DNA of 64,000 bases from Pseudomonadales bacterium (GTDB taxonomy: Bacteria; Pseudomonadota; Gammaproteobacteria; Pseudomonadales; Halieaceae), in the NCBI GenBank assembly GCA_024234675.1, contig JACKNU010000004.1:21031-85030 (forward strand), given 5' to 3'. Shown here in pieces: positions 1 to 8,213 of this stretch (positions are counted from its first letter, which is position 1; every line of letters begins with the position of its first letter). The notes under the pieces are model-generated. The model saw only the letters and a list, made by a program, of their open reading frames with translations, was not told the DNA's origin and made no database searches. A program made the translations under genes and the position numbers.

Positions 1-4
1 ATTT

Positions 5-853
5 TCAGGGCATGGGCATGGGTTTGGGCATAGGGGGGGCCAGTAATTGCGGGTCTATGCGCTCCTCGCGCCAGTTCATGCGCCAGTCCAGGTGGGGCCC
101 CGTGGCGCGCCCGGTGGCACCCACCGCGCCGATAATATCCCCGGCCTGCAGTTCGTCGCCCACCTGCACCGATACCTCGCTCATGTGCAGGAAGCTGGAG
201 GACAGCCGGTAGCCGTGATCCAGGATCACCGTGCCCCCGGAAAAATACAGGTCCGGCTCGGCCAGGGTCACCCTGCCGGCGGCGGGCGCCCGTACGATGG
301 TGCCGGTAGGCACTGCCACATCCACGCCGAAGTGGGGCCGGCGTGGCTCGCCGTTGTAGAAGCGCTGGCTGCCGTAAACACCGGAAATGGGACCCTCCAC
401 CGGCCACACGAACCCCGCCAGCACGCTGTTGAGCAGGTCGGGACGCGCCAGCTTCGGGGCCCGGGCATTGGCGACCAGCGTCGCCTCCCGCCTGATCCGC
501 TCCAGTTCCTCGGGCGGGGGCGTAACGGTTTTCTGCGGTACGCCCTCTACCCTCTGGATCTGGTACTCCCGGCGCGCCACCTGCAGGGTCTCGCGGCAGG
601 ACTGCGCGCCACTCACCACCAGTTCGGCGCTGGCCGCGGCATCGCGGCCGAAACCGGCAAAGGTGGTGCCGTCGGCCAGCACATCCAACTGCTCGCCATC
701 CAGGGTAACCACGCTGCCCGGCGCCACCTTGCCCCAGATAAACCCGCCCTGCTGCAGCGAACCATCGAACTGCAGGCACGCGCCCAGCGCCAGCGGGGAC
801 GCCGCCAGCGCCATCACAACCGCCGCCAGAGCGCTGCAATGCTTCATTCTCAC
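5..853 (-). CDS. M23 family metallopeptidase (murein endopeptidase-like), secreted
   Basis: 282-aa ORF. Signal-like N-terminus (MKHCSALAAVVMALAASPLALGAC). C-terminal LytM/M23 motifs HFGVDVAVPTGT and GPHLDWRMNW. Confidence 0.8.
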   Translation of the reverse strand: MRMKHCSALAAVVMALAASPLALGACLQFDGSLQQGGFIWGKVAPGSVVTLDGEQLDVLADGTTFAGFGRDAAASAELVVSGAQSCRETLQVARREYQIQRVEGVPQKTVTPPPEELERIRREATLVANARAPKLARPDLLNSVLAGFVWPVEGPISGVYGSQRFYNGEPRRPHFGVDVAVPTGTIVRAPAAGRVTLAEPDLYFSGGTVILDHGYRLSSSFLHMSEVSVQVGDELQAGDIIGAVGATGRATGPHLDWRMNWREERIDPQLLAPPMPKPMPMP

Positions 854-922
854 TACCTCGTAACAACCGAAATGTTCCCGGGGGATATGGTAACCGCCCG
901 GGCGCCGTTACAATAGCGCCCC

Positions 923-1426
923 ATGAGCAGATACCGACCACCGCGCCGCCGCGGCTCCGCCTATATCACCCCCGAGGGCGAACAGCGCCTGCGCGCGGAA
1001 CTGCACCAGCTATGGAAGGTGGAGCGCCCGCAGGTGACCAGCGCCGTGCACGAGGCCGCCAAGAACGGCGACCGCTCGGAGAACGGCGACTACATCTACG
1101 GCAAGCGCCGGCTGCGGGAAATCGACTCCCGGGTGCGCTTTCTCAACAAGCGCCTGGAGGAACTCAAGGTCATAGACCGCCCCCCGGACAATACCGACAA
1201 GATCTATTTCGGCGCCTGGGTAAACCTGGAGGACGAGGCCGGCGAGGAGCGGCGCTGGCGGATCGTGGGGCCCGATGAGTTCGACCTGGGTCGGGGCCTG
1301 CTGAGCATGGATTCTCCCATGGCCCGCTCACTGCTGGGCAAGGGCGTGGACGATGAGATCACCGTGCACAGCCCATCCGGGGAAAAGACCTACTACGTGA
1401 CCGCCATCAGCTATTCCCCGAACTAG
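923..1426 (+). CDS. greB: transcription elongation factor GreB
   Basis: 167-aa ORF. The start YITPEGEQRLRAEL..., the DRSENGDY acidic finger and the length are typical of GreA/GreB; the basic N-terminus favours GreB. Confidence 0.85.
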   Translation: MSRYRPPRRRGSAYITPEGEQRLRAELHQLWKVERPQVTSAVHEAAKNGDRSENGDYIYGKRRLREIDSRVRFLNKRLEELKVIDRPPDNTDKIYFGAWVNLEDEAGEERRWRIVGPDEFDLGRGLLSMDSPMARSLLGKGVDDEITVHSPSGEKTYYVTAISYSPN

Positions 1427-1441
1427 CCAGCGGGGACAGGC

Positions 1442-3565
1442 TCAGAAACTCCACTGGAAGCCCACCGAAGCGGTGCGCGGTTTGTTGGGCCGGGCACCAT
1501 CGGGCTGGCGGGCGACGATGCGCTGCTCATCGAACACGTTCTCGACCTTGAGGTACACCACCGCGGTCTCGTACACCGGGTAGCGGCTGATGTAATCCAG
1601 CACCCACAAATCCTCTGTTCTGTCGTAGCGGTCGCCGCCGTTGTTGCAGCCCACCCGGGTGCACATCTCATCGGTGTAGCGCGCCACGGCGTAGTTATTC
1701 CAGCCATTGGCAGCCTCCAGGCCCAGGCGCAGGCTGAAGGTATTGTCGGGAATAGCCGCCAGCCGGTCCCCCTCGCTGAATCCCGTCACCGGGTTATCGC
1801 GGCTGATGGTCGCGTCGGTATAGGTGTACATCAGGTCCACAGGCAGGGTGAAGCCGCCCAGCGCCAGGCTGCTGCCCACCTGCAGTTCCAGGCCGCGGAT
1901 TTCCGCTTTGCCGGTGTTGAAGGAGCCGGAAGTAGCGCCGTTGCTGCAGGGGCTGGCATTGGAGCAGTACTCCGCCTTGTCGTTGAAATCACTGTAGAAG
2001 CCAACCGCCTCCACGAACCAGCTGCCGCGATAGCGCAGGCCGGCCTCGTAGTTGGTGCTGGTCTCGGGATCCTCGTTTTCCTGCGCCCCGCCTCCCAGCG
2101 GCGAGAACCCCTCGTGCATCCCCGCCAACAGTTGCCAGTCGTCGGCCAGGTCGTAGGTGAAGGAAACGCCCGGCAACCACTGGTCGCTGTCATTGCTGCG
2201 CTTGCTCCGCAACTCGACCCGCCCGGGGTCGGCGTACTCCTTGCGTTCGGAGCTCACATCCTCGTAGCGCAGGGCGAGGTTCAGCAGCAGCGCATCGCTG
2301 ACCTGCCAGCTGTCCACCGCCCAGAAACTCAGGGCCTCGGCGGACTCCTTGCGATTGTTGCCGCCGGTGGGGCGCACGGTGGAGACATACTCCAGCTTGC
2401 CATCGACCTGGTCGTATACCTCCACCGGCTGGAAGCGATCCATCTCATCCTTGTGGGGCCGCCCGCCCAGGGCGAGCTGGTGATTGCCCAGCGCGATATC
2501 GAAATTGACGTCCAGGCCATAGGATTCGTAGTGGCGATTGTTGTGCGTGTAATTGAGCCCGTAGGCGTCCACAGTGCCGGCCAGCACGCCCTCGGCCTCG
2601 GCGTCGCCCGCATTGGCCGCATCCACCAGCGCGCCGCCCCCGGCCAGCTTGAACCAGTCCCGGGAGAACTTGTTGTAATAGGCCGTGGTGGTCATGACGA
2701 CCTGGTCGTTCAGCGCCACCTGGTACACGGCGTTGTAGCCCTCGTGATCGTTTTCCATCTTGTCGATCAACGACAGTCCGTAACGACGGTCGGGGTCGCG
2801 ATCGAAATCGACGTCGGTGAGCCCGAGGTAGGTCTCGTCGGAATCTTCCGAGGAGTACTGCGCCTTGAGCAGCACGCTCTGGCGCTCCCCCTGCCAGCTC
2901 AGCTTGGCCACGTAGTCCTGGATCTGGAAGCCGGTGTCGGCGCTGGAGCGATCGATATCCTTGAAGCCGTCGCTGCGCCGCTGGGCCGTCTCCAGCAGGG
3001 CCCCGAACTGGCCGCTGCGCAGTCCGTAGCTGGCCAGCATGTCCATCTCGTTGTTCTGGCCATAGGCCAGGTCCAGCTGCCCGGCGTTGCTCTCGGGTAT
3101 GGGGGTGGAGACCAGGTTGACGACGCCACCCGTGGTCTGCGGGCCGTAGCGCAGCAACGGTGCCCCCTTGAGTACCTCGATGGACTGCATGCGCAGGGTG
3201 GTCGGAAAATAATAGGCCTCGGGGTTCGAGTAGGGTGCCGGGGCAATCAGCACCCCGTCCTCCATCAGGGTGATGCGAGCGGAGCGCTCCGAGGTGGCGC
3301 CGCGAATACCGATGTTGGGGCGCAGGCCGTAGCCATCCTCTTCCATGATATAGACGCCGGGCACGGTTTTGAGCAGCTGGTTGATATCCCCGGTGGCCTC
3401 GATCATCATCTGCTCGTGGTCGATGACCGATCCCGTGCCGGTCAGGGCTCTGGCATCGTCGGTGGTACCGACAATGGTCATTTCCTCGAGTATCCCGTCC
3501 GCCGCCAGGGCCCCGGTGCTGCCCACCAGTGCCGCCAATGCCGTCGCAAGTATCCGCCTGTTCAC
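1442..3565 (-). CDS. TonB-dependent outer-membrane receptor
   Basis: 707-aa ORF with signal peptide, plug-domain motifs (IEVLKGAPLLRYGPQTTGGVVNLVS) and a C-terminal aromatic residue (..GFQWSF). Confidence 0.85.
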   Translation of the reverse strand: MNRRILATALAALVGSTGALAADGILEEMTIVGTTDDARALTGTGSVIDHEQMMIEATGDINQLLKTVPGVYIMEEDGYGLRPNIGIRGATSERSARITLMEDGVLIAPAPYSNPEAYYFPTTLRMQSIEVLKGAPLLRYGPQTTGGVVNLVSTPIPESNAGQLDLAYGQNNEMDMLASYGLRSGQFGALLETAQRRSDGFKDIDRSSADTGFQIQDYVAKLSWQGERQSVLLKAQYSSEDSDETYLGLTDVDFDRDPDRRYGLSLIDKMENDHEGYNAVYQVALNDQVVMTTTAYYNKFSRDWFKLAGGGALVDAANAGDAEAEGVLAGTVDAYGLNYTHNNRHYESYGLDVNFDIALGNHQLALGGRPHKDEMDRFQPVEVYDQVDGKLEYVSTVRPTGGNNRKESAEALSFWAVDSWQVSDALLLNLALRYEDVSSERKEYADPGRVELRSKRSNDSDQWLPGVSFTYDLADDWQLLAGMHEGFSPLGGGAQENEDPETSTNYEAGLRYRGSWFVEAVGFYSDFNDKAEYCSNASPCSNGATSGSFNTGKAEIRGLELQVGSSLALGGFTLPVDLMYTYTDATISRDNPVTGFSEGDRLAAIPDNTFSLRLGLEAANGWNNYAVARYTDEMCTRVGCNNGGDRYDRTEDLWVLDYISRYPVYETAVVYLKVENVFDEQRIVARQPDGARPNKPRTASVGFQWSF

Positions 3566-3632
3566 ATGTCCCCCTGAGTCACTGCACGATTATGGCGCCT
3601 GCCTGATCCCGGACAGCCGCCACCCAAAAGGG

Positions 3633-3690
3633 AATAATAGTGATAACGTTTCTTATTTACAATATTTAATGAGATTTGTTCTTATTGGTG
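3633..3690 (-). promoter_or_regulatory. AT-rich putative operator/promoter upstream of the TonB-dependent receptor (Fur-box-like hexamers)
   Basis: aataatagtgataacgtttcttatttacaatatttaatgagatttgttcttatt is a sharp AT-rich island in GC-rich DNA, 70-125 nt upstream of the receptor start. GATAAC and AATAAT hexamers resemble the GATAAT repeats of Fur boxes. Match judged by eye only. Confidence 0.3.
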
Positions 3691-3715
3691 CCTCATGCAG
3701 CCTGTACGCCAGACA

Positions 3716-3749
3716 CAAAAAAGCCGGGACCCCTAGCGGGGCCCCGGCT
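3716..3749 (-). terminator. rho-independent terminator downstream of the 3783..5956 gene
   Basis: On the minus strand, AGCCGGGGCCCC-GCTA-GGGGTCCCGGCT forms a 12-bp stem with one G-U pair, followed by TTTTTTG. Confidence 0.8.
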
Positions 3750-3782
3750 CGTCTACCAGGTGCCGGCTAGCCGCCGGCCTGC

Positions 3783-5956
3783 TCAGCCACCCCCGGGCAC
3801 GTAGCCGTCAGTGGTACAGGGCAGGGCGGGATCGCAGGTGTCGACGAACTTGCCCTCCCCGTCCGGCATCAGGAAGAAGGACTTCTGGGCCTGGGCGTTG
3901 GGATCCTTGCGCGGCAGGCTGTGGGGATCCGCGCCGTAGTCCGGCTCGAAGGGCGGCAGGTTGGTGATGGGCGGGGCGGCCGTGCCGCCGTCCGCCGCGC
4001 CGGCGCCGATGGGGCCGTTGTCCCAGATGACCAGCACCGAGCCGGTGTAGTCACCCGCCGGGACCGGCTCCAGGGCGACATAGGGGTTGGTATCCGGGTG
4101 CCGGTCGGCCTCCAACGCCGGTATCCGCAGGGTCGCGCCGATAGTGCGGGCCATCAGCTCGGCGGTCCACATGCTCACCTGGTGATCGCCATACGCCACA
4201 TGCAGCAGCACCGAATGGGCGGGCGTATTGGGCAGGGTATTTTGCTGGATGTGGTACACGTAGCCGCTGGACTCGGCGCGGTCCCACAGCATCTGGGCCA
4301 TGGAGAGCAGGAAGGTCTGGTCCTTGACGCTGGTATAGCCGCCGCCGTCCTCGCCGGTGCTGCTGCCGGTGAAGAACAGGCTGTAGGTCTCGAAATCGAT
4401 ACTGCGGCGCAGCAGCATGCTGTAGGACATGCCGGGTACGCCCAGCACACCGCGGGTGACATCCTGGATAACGCCCATGAGGGCGCCACCGAGTATGCCG
4501 CCCTGGCTGTTGCCGTCGTAATAGACGTTGCTGTTGTCGAACACCGGCACACCGCCGGCCTGGAAGGCGGGATCACTGCCCAGGCCGTCCGCGTGCTTGA
4601 GCAGGCGCGCCAGGTACATGAAGTTCAGCAGGCCCTGTTGCTGGCGGTCGAAGAACGCCGGCATCAGCGAGAAGTCCTGCAAAATCTGCAGGGCGAAGCC
4701 TACGTCTTCCGAGGCAAAGCCGCTCCAGTCAGTGCCGCAGAACACCATCTGGTGATCATTGCCCATGATGATGATGTTGGAGCCCGTACCGCGCAGCGCC
4801 TCGGAGCCGCTGCCCAGCAGGCCGTGGCCGTACAGGGAGGGCCGCGCAATAGCCTTGGGCTCTGCCTCGAAATCCTCGGCCACGGAGCGGGGGATGCTGC
4901 AGTAAAACTTCGCAGTGAACAGGTTGTCGCCACCCAGGCGGTCCGGCAGGCCGTCATCGGGAGTAGCGTAGTAGAACGGCGTGCCCGGTTCACCTTCGTC
5001 CGAGGCCAGGTAGTTGGGTACCTGGAAGGTTCCGGTGACGGTGCGCGACCGGTAATTGTCCTGGCCGTCCTCACAGCCGCTCTCGGCGCAGGGCGCGAAA
5101 TCGACCACTTCCTCCACGGTAAAGGCCGGTGCCGCGTTGCCCAGGCTGGCAAAGGCGTCATCGCGAATGTGCAGGACCCGCTCGGTGATGTTCCTGACAC
5201 TGGCTATGCTGAAATCCCAGGCCAGGTACAGCTCATCGCGCTCTATGCCGGCATCGGCCAGGGTGCTGAAAATGTCCTCCATGGCCTCCCGGCGGCCCTC
5301 GATGGCCTCGTTGTCCGTCAGGGTGTCATCGCGGAAGGCGCGGAACACTTCCGGCGCTTCCAGCAATTCCCCTGCGGCGTCGCGCATATTGCGCAGGGCC
5401 ACGATGTAGCGCGCGCCGCGCTCGAACTGCACCATGGGGCGGATAATAAAGGTCTGCTCGGCCGGGTCATCGGTGTTGGCATCCAGCTCGGCAAAGATCA
5501 GGTGCTGCTCACCGGTGGCGGCGTTGATGACGACCACGGGCGAGGCGGGATCCAGCGACTGCTCCAGGTCGGTGATCGCCGGCGCCCCGGTCTGCGCCAG
5601 GTCCACGCCCGGCACCTGAGCGACGATCATCTGCGAAGGCGAAAAGCCGTCATTGCGGTTCCACTCGGTGGGGTCGACCTGCACCCCCTGCTTGTTGGCC
5701 GGCATGGACGCCTGGTTCAGGTTCACCTGCAGGCCGGTGTCGGTATCTACGGAGGCCACGGTAAACACATTGCTGGGCCAGGGGAACATGCAGTTGCTGG
5801 AGTCCAGGATTTCACAGCGGTCGGCATTGGGCGTTTCAATACTGATCGGCACCGGGTCCGGGTCGGTATTCTTGTTTTGTTATTGTTGTTGTCCGAGCAG
5901 GCCGCCAGCAACGTGGCCAGGGCCAGGGGCAGCATCTGGTAGGGTGTTATGCGCAT
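3783..5956 (-). CDS. putative secreted alpha/beta-hydrolase lipoprotein, unknown family (frame interrupted near 5875 in this assembly)
   Basis: The 689-aa ORF (3783..5852, GTG start) has a GNSQGG nucleophile-elbow-like motif. The lipoprotein signal peptide MRITPYQMLPLALATLLAAC-SDNNNN (5956..) lies directly upstream in another frame. One extra A in the AAAA run would join the two. Confidence 0.6.
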
Positions 5957-6018
5957 TGCGATTATTTCCTTTTATTGCTGTCTTAAAGCAGGCGGAGGAT
6001 AACACAAAGTGCCGTGTC

Positions 6019-7242
6019 TCAGTCGAGCGCGGCGTAGATTATGCTTTCCAGCTGGCCTCGGAAATTGAAGGTGCTGGAGGGGATCAGCTGGGTCAGGAAT
6101 ATCACCACCAACTCCTCGGCGGGATCCACCCAGAACAGGGTGCTGGCCAGCCCACCCCAGAAAAAGCTGCCCACGGAGGCGGGAAAACCGTTGCGCACCG
6201 GGTCCAGCTTGTTGGCGAAACCCAGGCCGAAGCCCACGCCCTCGTACACCGTTTCACTGAAACTGCCGGTGGCAAACCGGGACATATCCACGCCGCCGGG
6301 CAGGTGGTTGCGGGTCATGAACTGCAGGGTGCGCGAGCCGATCACCCGCTGCCCGTCCAGGCTGCCGCCGTTGAGCAACATCTGGCAGAATCGGTAGTAA
6401 TCCGCCACTGTCGATAACAGGCCACCGCCACCCGACCAGAAGCTGCGGCTGGCAAAATGACTGTCGCGGCAGTCGTCCTGCAATACCATCTCCTTCTGCA
6501 GGTTGCGCTCGTAGCAGGAGGCCAGCCGGTCCAGCTTGGCGGCGGGGATTTCGAAGCTGGTGTCCGTCATGCCCAGGGGCTCGAACAGCGCCGTGCGCAT
6601 GAAGTCCGGCAGGCTCTGGCCGCTGAGCACCTCGATCAGGTAGCCCAGCACATCGGTGGCCAACGAGTAATTCCAGCGCTCCCCCGGGGAGAATTCCAGC
6701 GGCAGGCCCGCCAGCTGGTCGATCATCTGCTGCAGGGTATAGCCCCGCCGCGGCAGGCCCACGCCCAGTTCGCGGTAGGCCGCGTCGATGTTGCCGGCGT
6801 GCATGAAGTCGTAGGTCAGCCCCGAGGTATGCATGAACAGGTCGCGGATGGTCATGGGGCGCTGGCAGGGCGCCGTGGCAAACAGCGGGTGGGAACCGGC
6901 GGTGCGCACCCGCAGCCCTTTCCAGGCGGGAATAAAGCGCTGCACGGGATCGTCCAGGGAGAACAGGCCGCGCTCGTACAGGATCATCAGGGCGACGGAG
7001 GTCACCGGCTTGGTCATGGAGTAGATGCGCACGATGGTGTCGGCGGTCATGGGCGTGCCCCGCTCCACATCCCGCAGGCCCGCCACGTCCAGGTAGCAGG
7101 GCTGGCCGCGCCGGGCGACCAGCGCAATGCTGCCGGGGATCTTGCCCGGCTCCACGTAACGCCGGCGCAGGTGCTCTCCCACGCGCTGCAGCTGGGCGCT
7201 GTTCATTCCTACCGCTTCCGGCGTGACCAGTTCCGATACCAT
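6019..7242 (-). CDS. serine hydrolase, beta-lactamase class C / family VIII esterase-like
   Basis: S-x-x-K motif (YSMTKPVTS) in a roughly 400-aa beta-lactamase-fold-like sequence. Start placed at MVSELVTPE (7242), because the upstream part of the tracked ORF runs into REP repeats. Confidence 0.75.
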   Translation of the reverse strand: MVSELVTPEAVGMNSAQLQRVGEHLRRRYVEPGKIPGSIALVARRGQPCYLDVAGLRDVERGTPMTADTIVRIYSMTKPVTSVALMILYERGLFSLDDPVQRFIPAWKGLRVRTAGSHPLFATAPCQRPMTIRDLFMHTSGLTYDFMHAGNIDAAYRELGVGLPRRGYTLQQMIDQLAGLPLEFSPGERWNYSLATDVLGYLIEVLSGQSLPDFMRTALFEPLGMTDTSFEIPAAKLDRLASCYERNLQKEMVLQDDCRDSHFASRSFWSGGGGLLSTVADYYRFCQMLLNGGSLDGQRVIGSRTLQFMTRNHLPGGVDMSRFATGSFSETVYEGVGFGLGFANKLDPVRNGFPASVGSFFWGGLASTLFWVDPAEELVVIFLTQLIPSSTFNFRGQLESIIYAALD

Positions 7243-7343
7243 GGCCGTTCCTTCAATAGAGATAACAGGGGACGACAGTGAAACCCGCGACGCCTCCCGT
7301 GGCAAGCCCCCGTCCGCAGCGTCGTGCGCTTCGCCGCCACCCA

Positions 7344-7401
7344 GGCCGAATGAATTCGGCCCTACATTACGAATGGGCCCCAGGGTCGAATTCATTCGAC
7401 C
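7344..7401. repeat. REP-like palindromic element pair in inverted orientation
   Basis: GGCCGAATGAATTCGGCCCTACATT (7344-7368) and the inverted GGTCGAATTCATTCGACC (7384-7401). Same hairpin family as the array at 17585-17720. Confidence 0.8.
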
Positions 7402-7518
7402 AATGCATCACCGGCCGCCCTCCTGCCAGGAAAGCACCTCCCCTACCCGGCGACGCAGGGCGGGCATTCACCAATGCATCACCGGCCGCCCTCCTGCCAG
7501 AACCACCCGGCGACGCAG
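7400..7518. repeat. imperfect direct duplication (period 71 nt) of the 3' end of the UDG-family gene
   Basis: ccaatgcatcaccggccgccctcctgccag is identical at 7400-7429 and 7471-7500 (30/30). acccggcgacgcag follows in both copies (7445-7458 and 7505-7518). Copy 2 holds the last 13 codons plus the stop of the 7479..8078 gene. Confidence 0.85.
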
Positions 7519-8078
7519 CCAGCAGCCACAGGCCGCAGCCACAGGTTGTTGCGCGGCGAGGGATGTGGCAGGGGAAAATAGCGCGGCCCGAACTCGCGCC
7601 AGCGCTGCACCCGCATGGTCAGCGTTTCGCCGGGCACGGCCGCGGCGCTGGTGTGCGCCTGGTAATACTGCTGGGCGTAGCTGCCCACCAGTAACACCAG
7701 CTGCAGATTAGGCATCTGCTGCTGCAGCGGCCCGTGCCACAGCGGCGCGCAGGCCGGGGGCGGCGGCAGGTCGCCGGACTTGCCGCGACCGGGGTAACAG
7801 AACCCCATGGGTACGATGGCAACGCGCGCCTCATCGTAAAACTGCTCACTGTCCAGTTGCAGCCACTGCCGCAGGCGGTCGCCGCTGGGGTCGTTCCAGG
7901 GGATGCCGCTGGCATGCACCCTGGTGCCGGGGGCCTGGCCGATAATCAGCAGCCGGGCGGTGGCGCTGGCCCGCAGCACCGGGTTGGGCCCCAGGGGCAG
8001 GCTGTCCTCGCAGTGGCGGCAGGCGCGCACCTGCGCCAGCAGGTCCCGCAGCGGAATGTCATGTTTGCCTGTAGCCAC
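7479..8078 (-). CDS. uracil-DNA glycosylase superfamily protein
   Basis: The C-terminal third of tracked ORF 7479..9524 carries LLIIGQAPG...[12 protein letters not shown]...[10 protein letters not shown] motifs. Start set at GTG 8078 (TTG 8081 is possible) after AAGGGGA. The rest of that ORF is antisense to gcvP. Confidence 0.7.
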   Translation of the reverse strand: MATGKHDIPLRDLLAQVRACRHCEDSLPLGPNPVLRASATARLLIIGQAPGTRVHASGIPWNDPSGDRLRQWLQLDSEQFYDEARVAIVPMGFCYPGRGKSGDLPPPPACAPLWHGPLQQQMPNLQLVLLVGSYAQQYYQAHTSAAAVPGETLTMRVQRWREFGPRYFPLPHPSPRNNLWLRPVAAGCVAGWFWQEGGR

Positions 8079-8213
8079 CAATATTCCCCTTGGCAGAGCC
8101 GACTTGCGACTGGCCAAATTCCGTACAATCCATTGCCCGCCCGAGCCCTCAACTGCTACTATCGCCGCCTCCCATTCCCGCCCGAATCGAGCACCTGCAC
8201 TCCCGGAGCACCT

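Noticed and set aside
8079-8213. Glycine riboswitch or strong sigma70 promoter in the gcvP leader
   Set aside because: I could not find the conserved glycine-riboswitch cores. A TACAAT -10 (8124-8129) has only a poorly spaced TTGCGA (14-nt spacer), so no promoter call is made.
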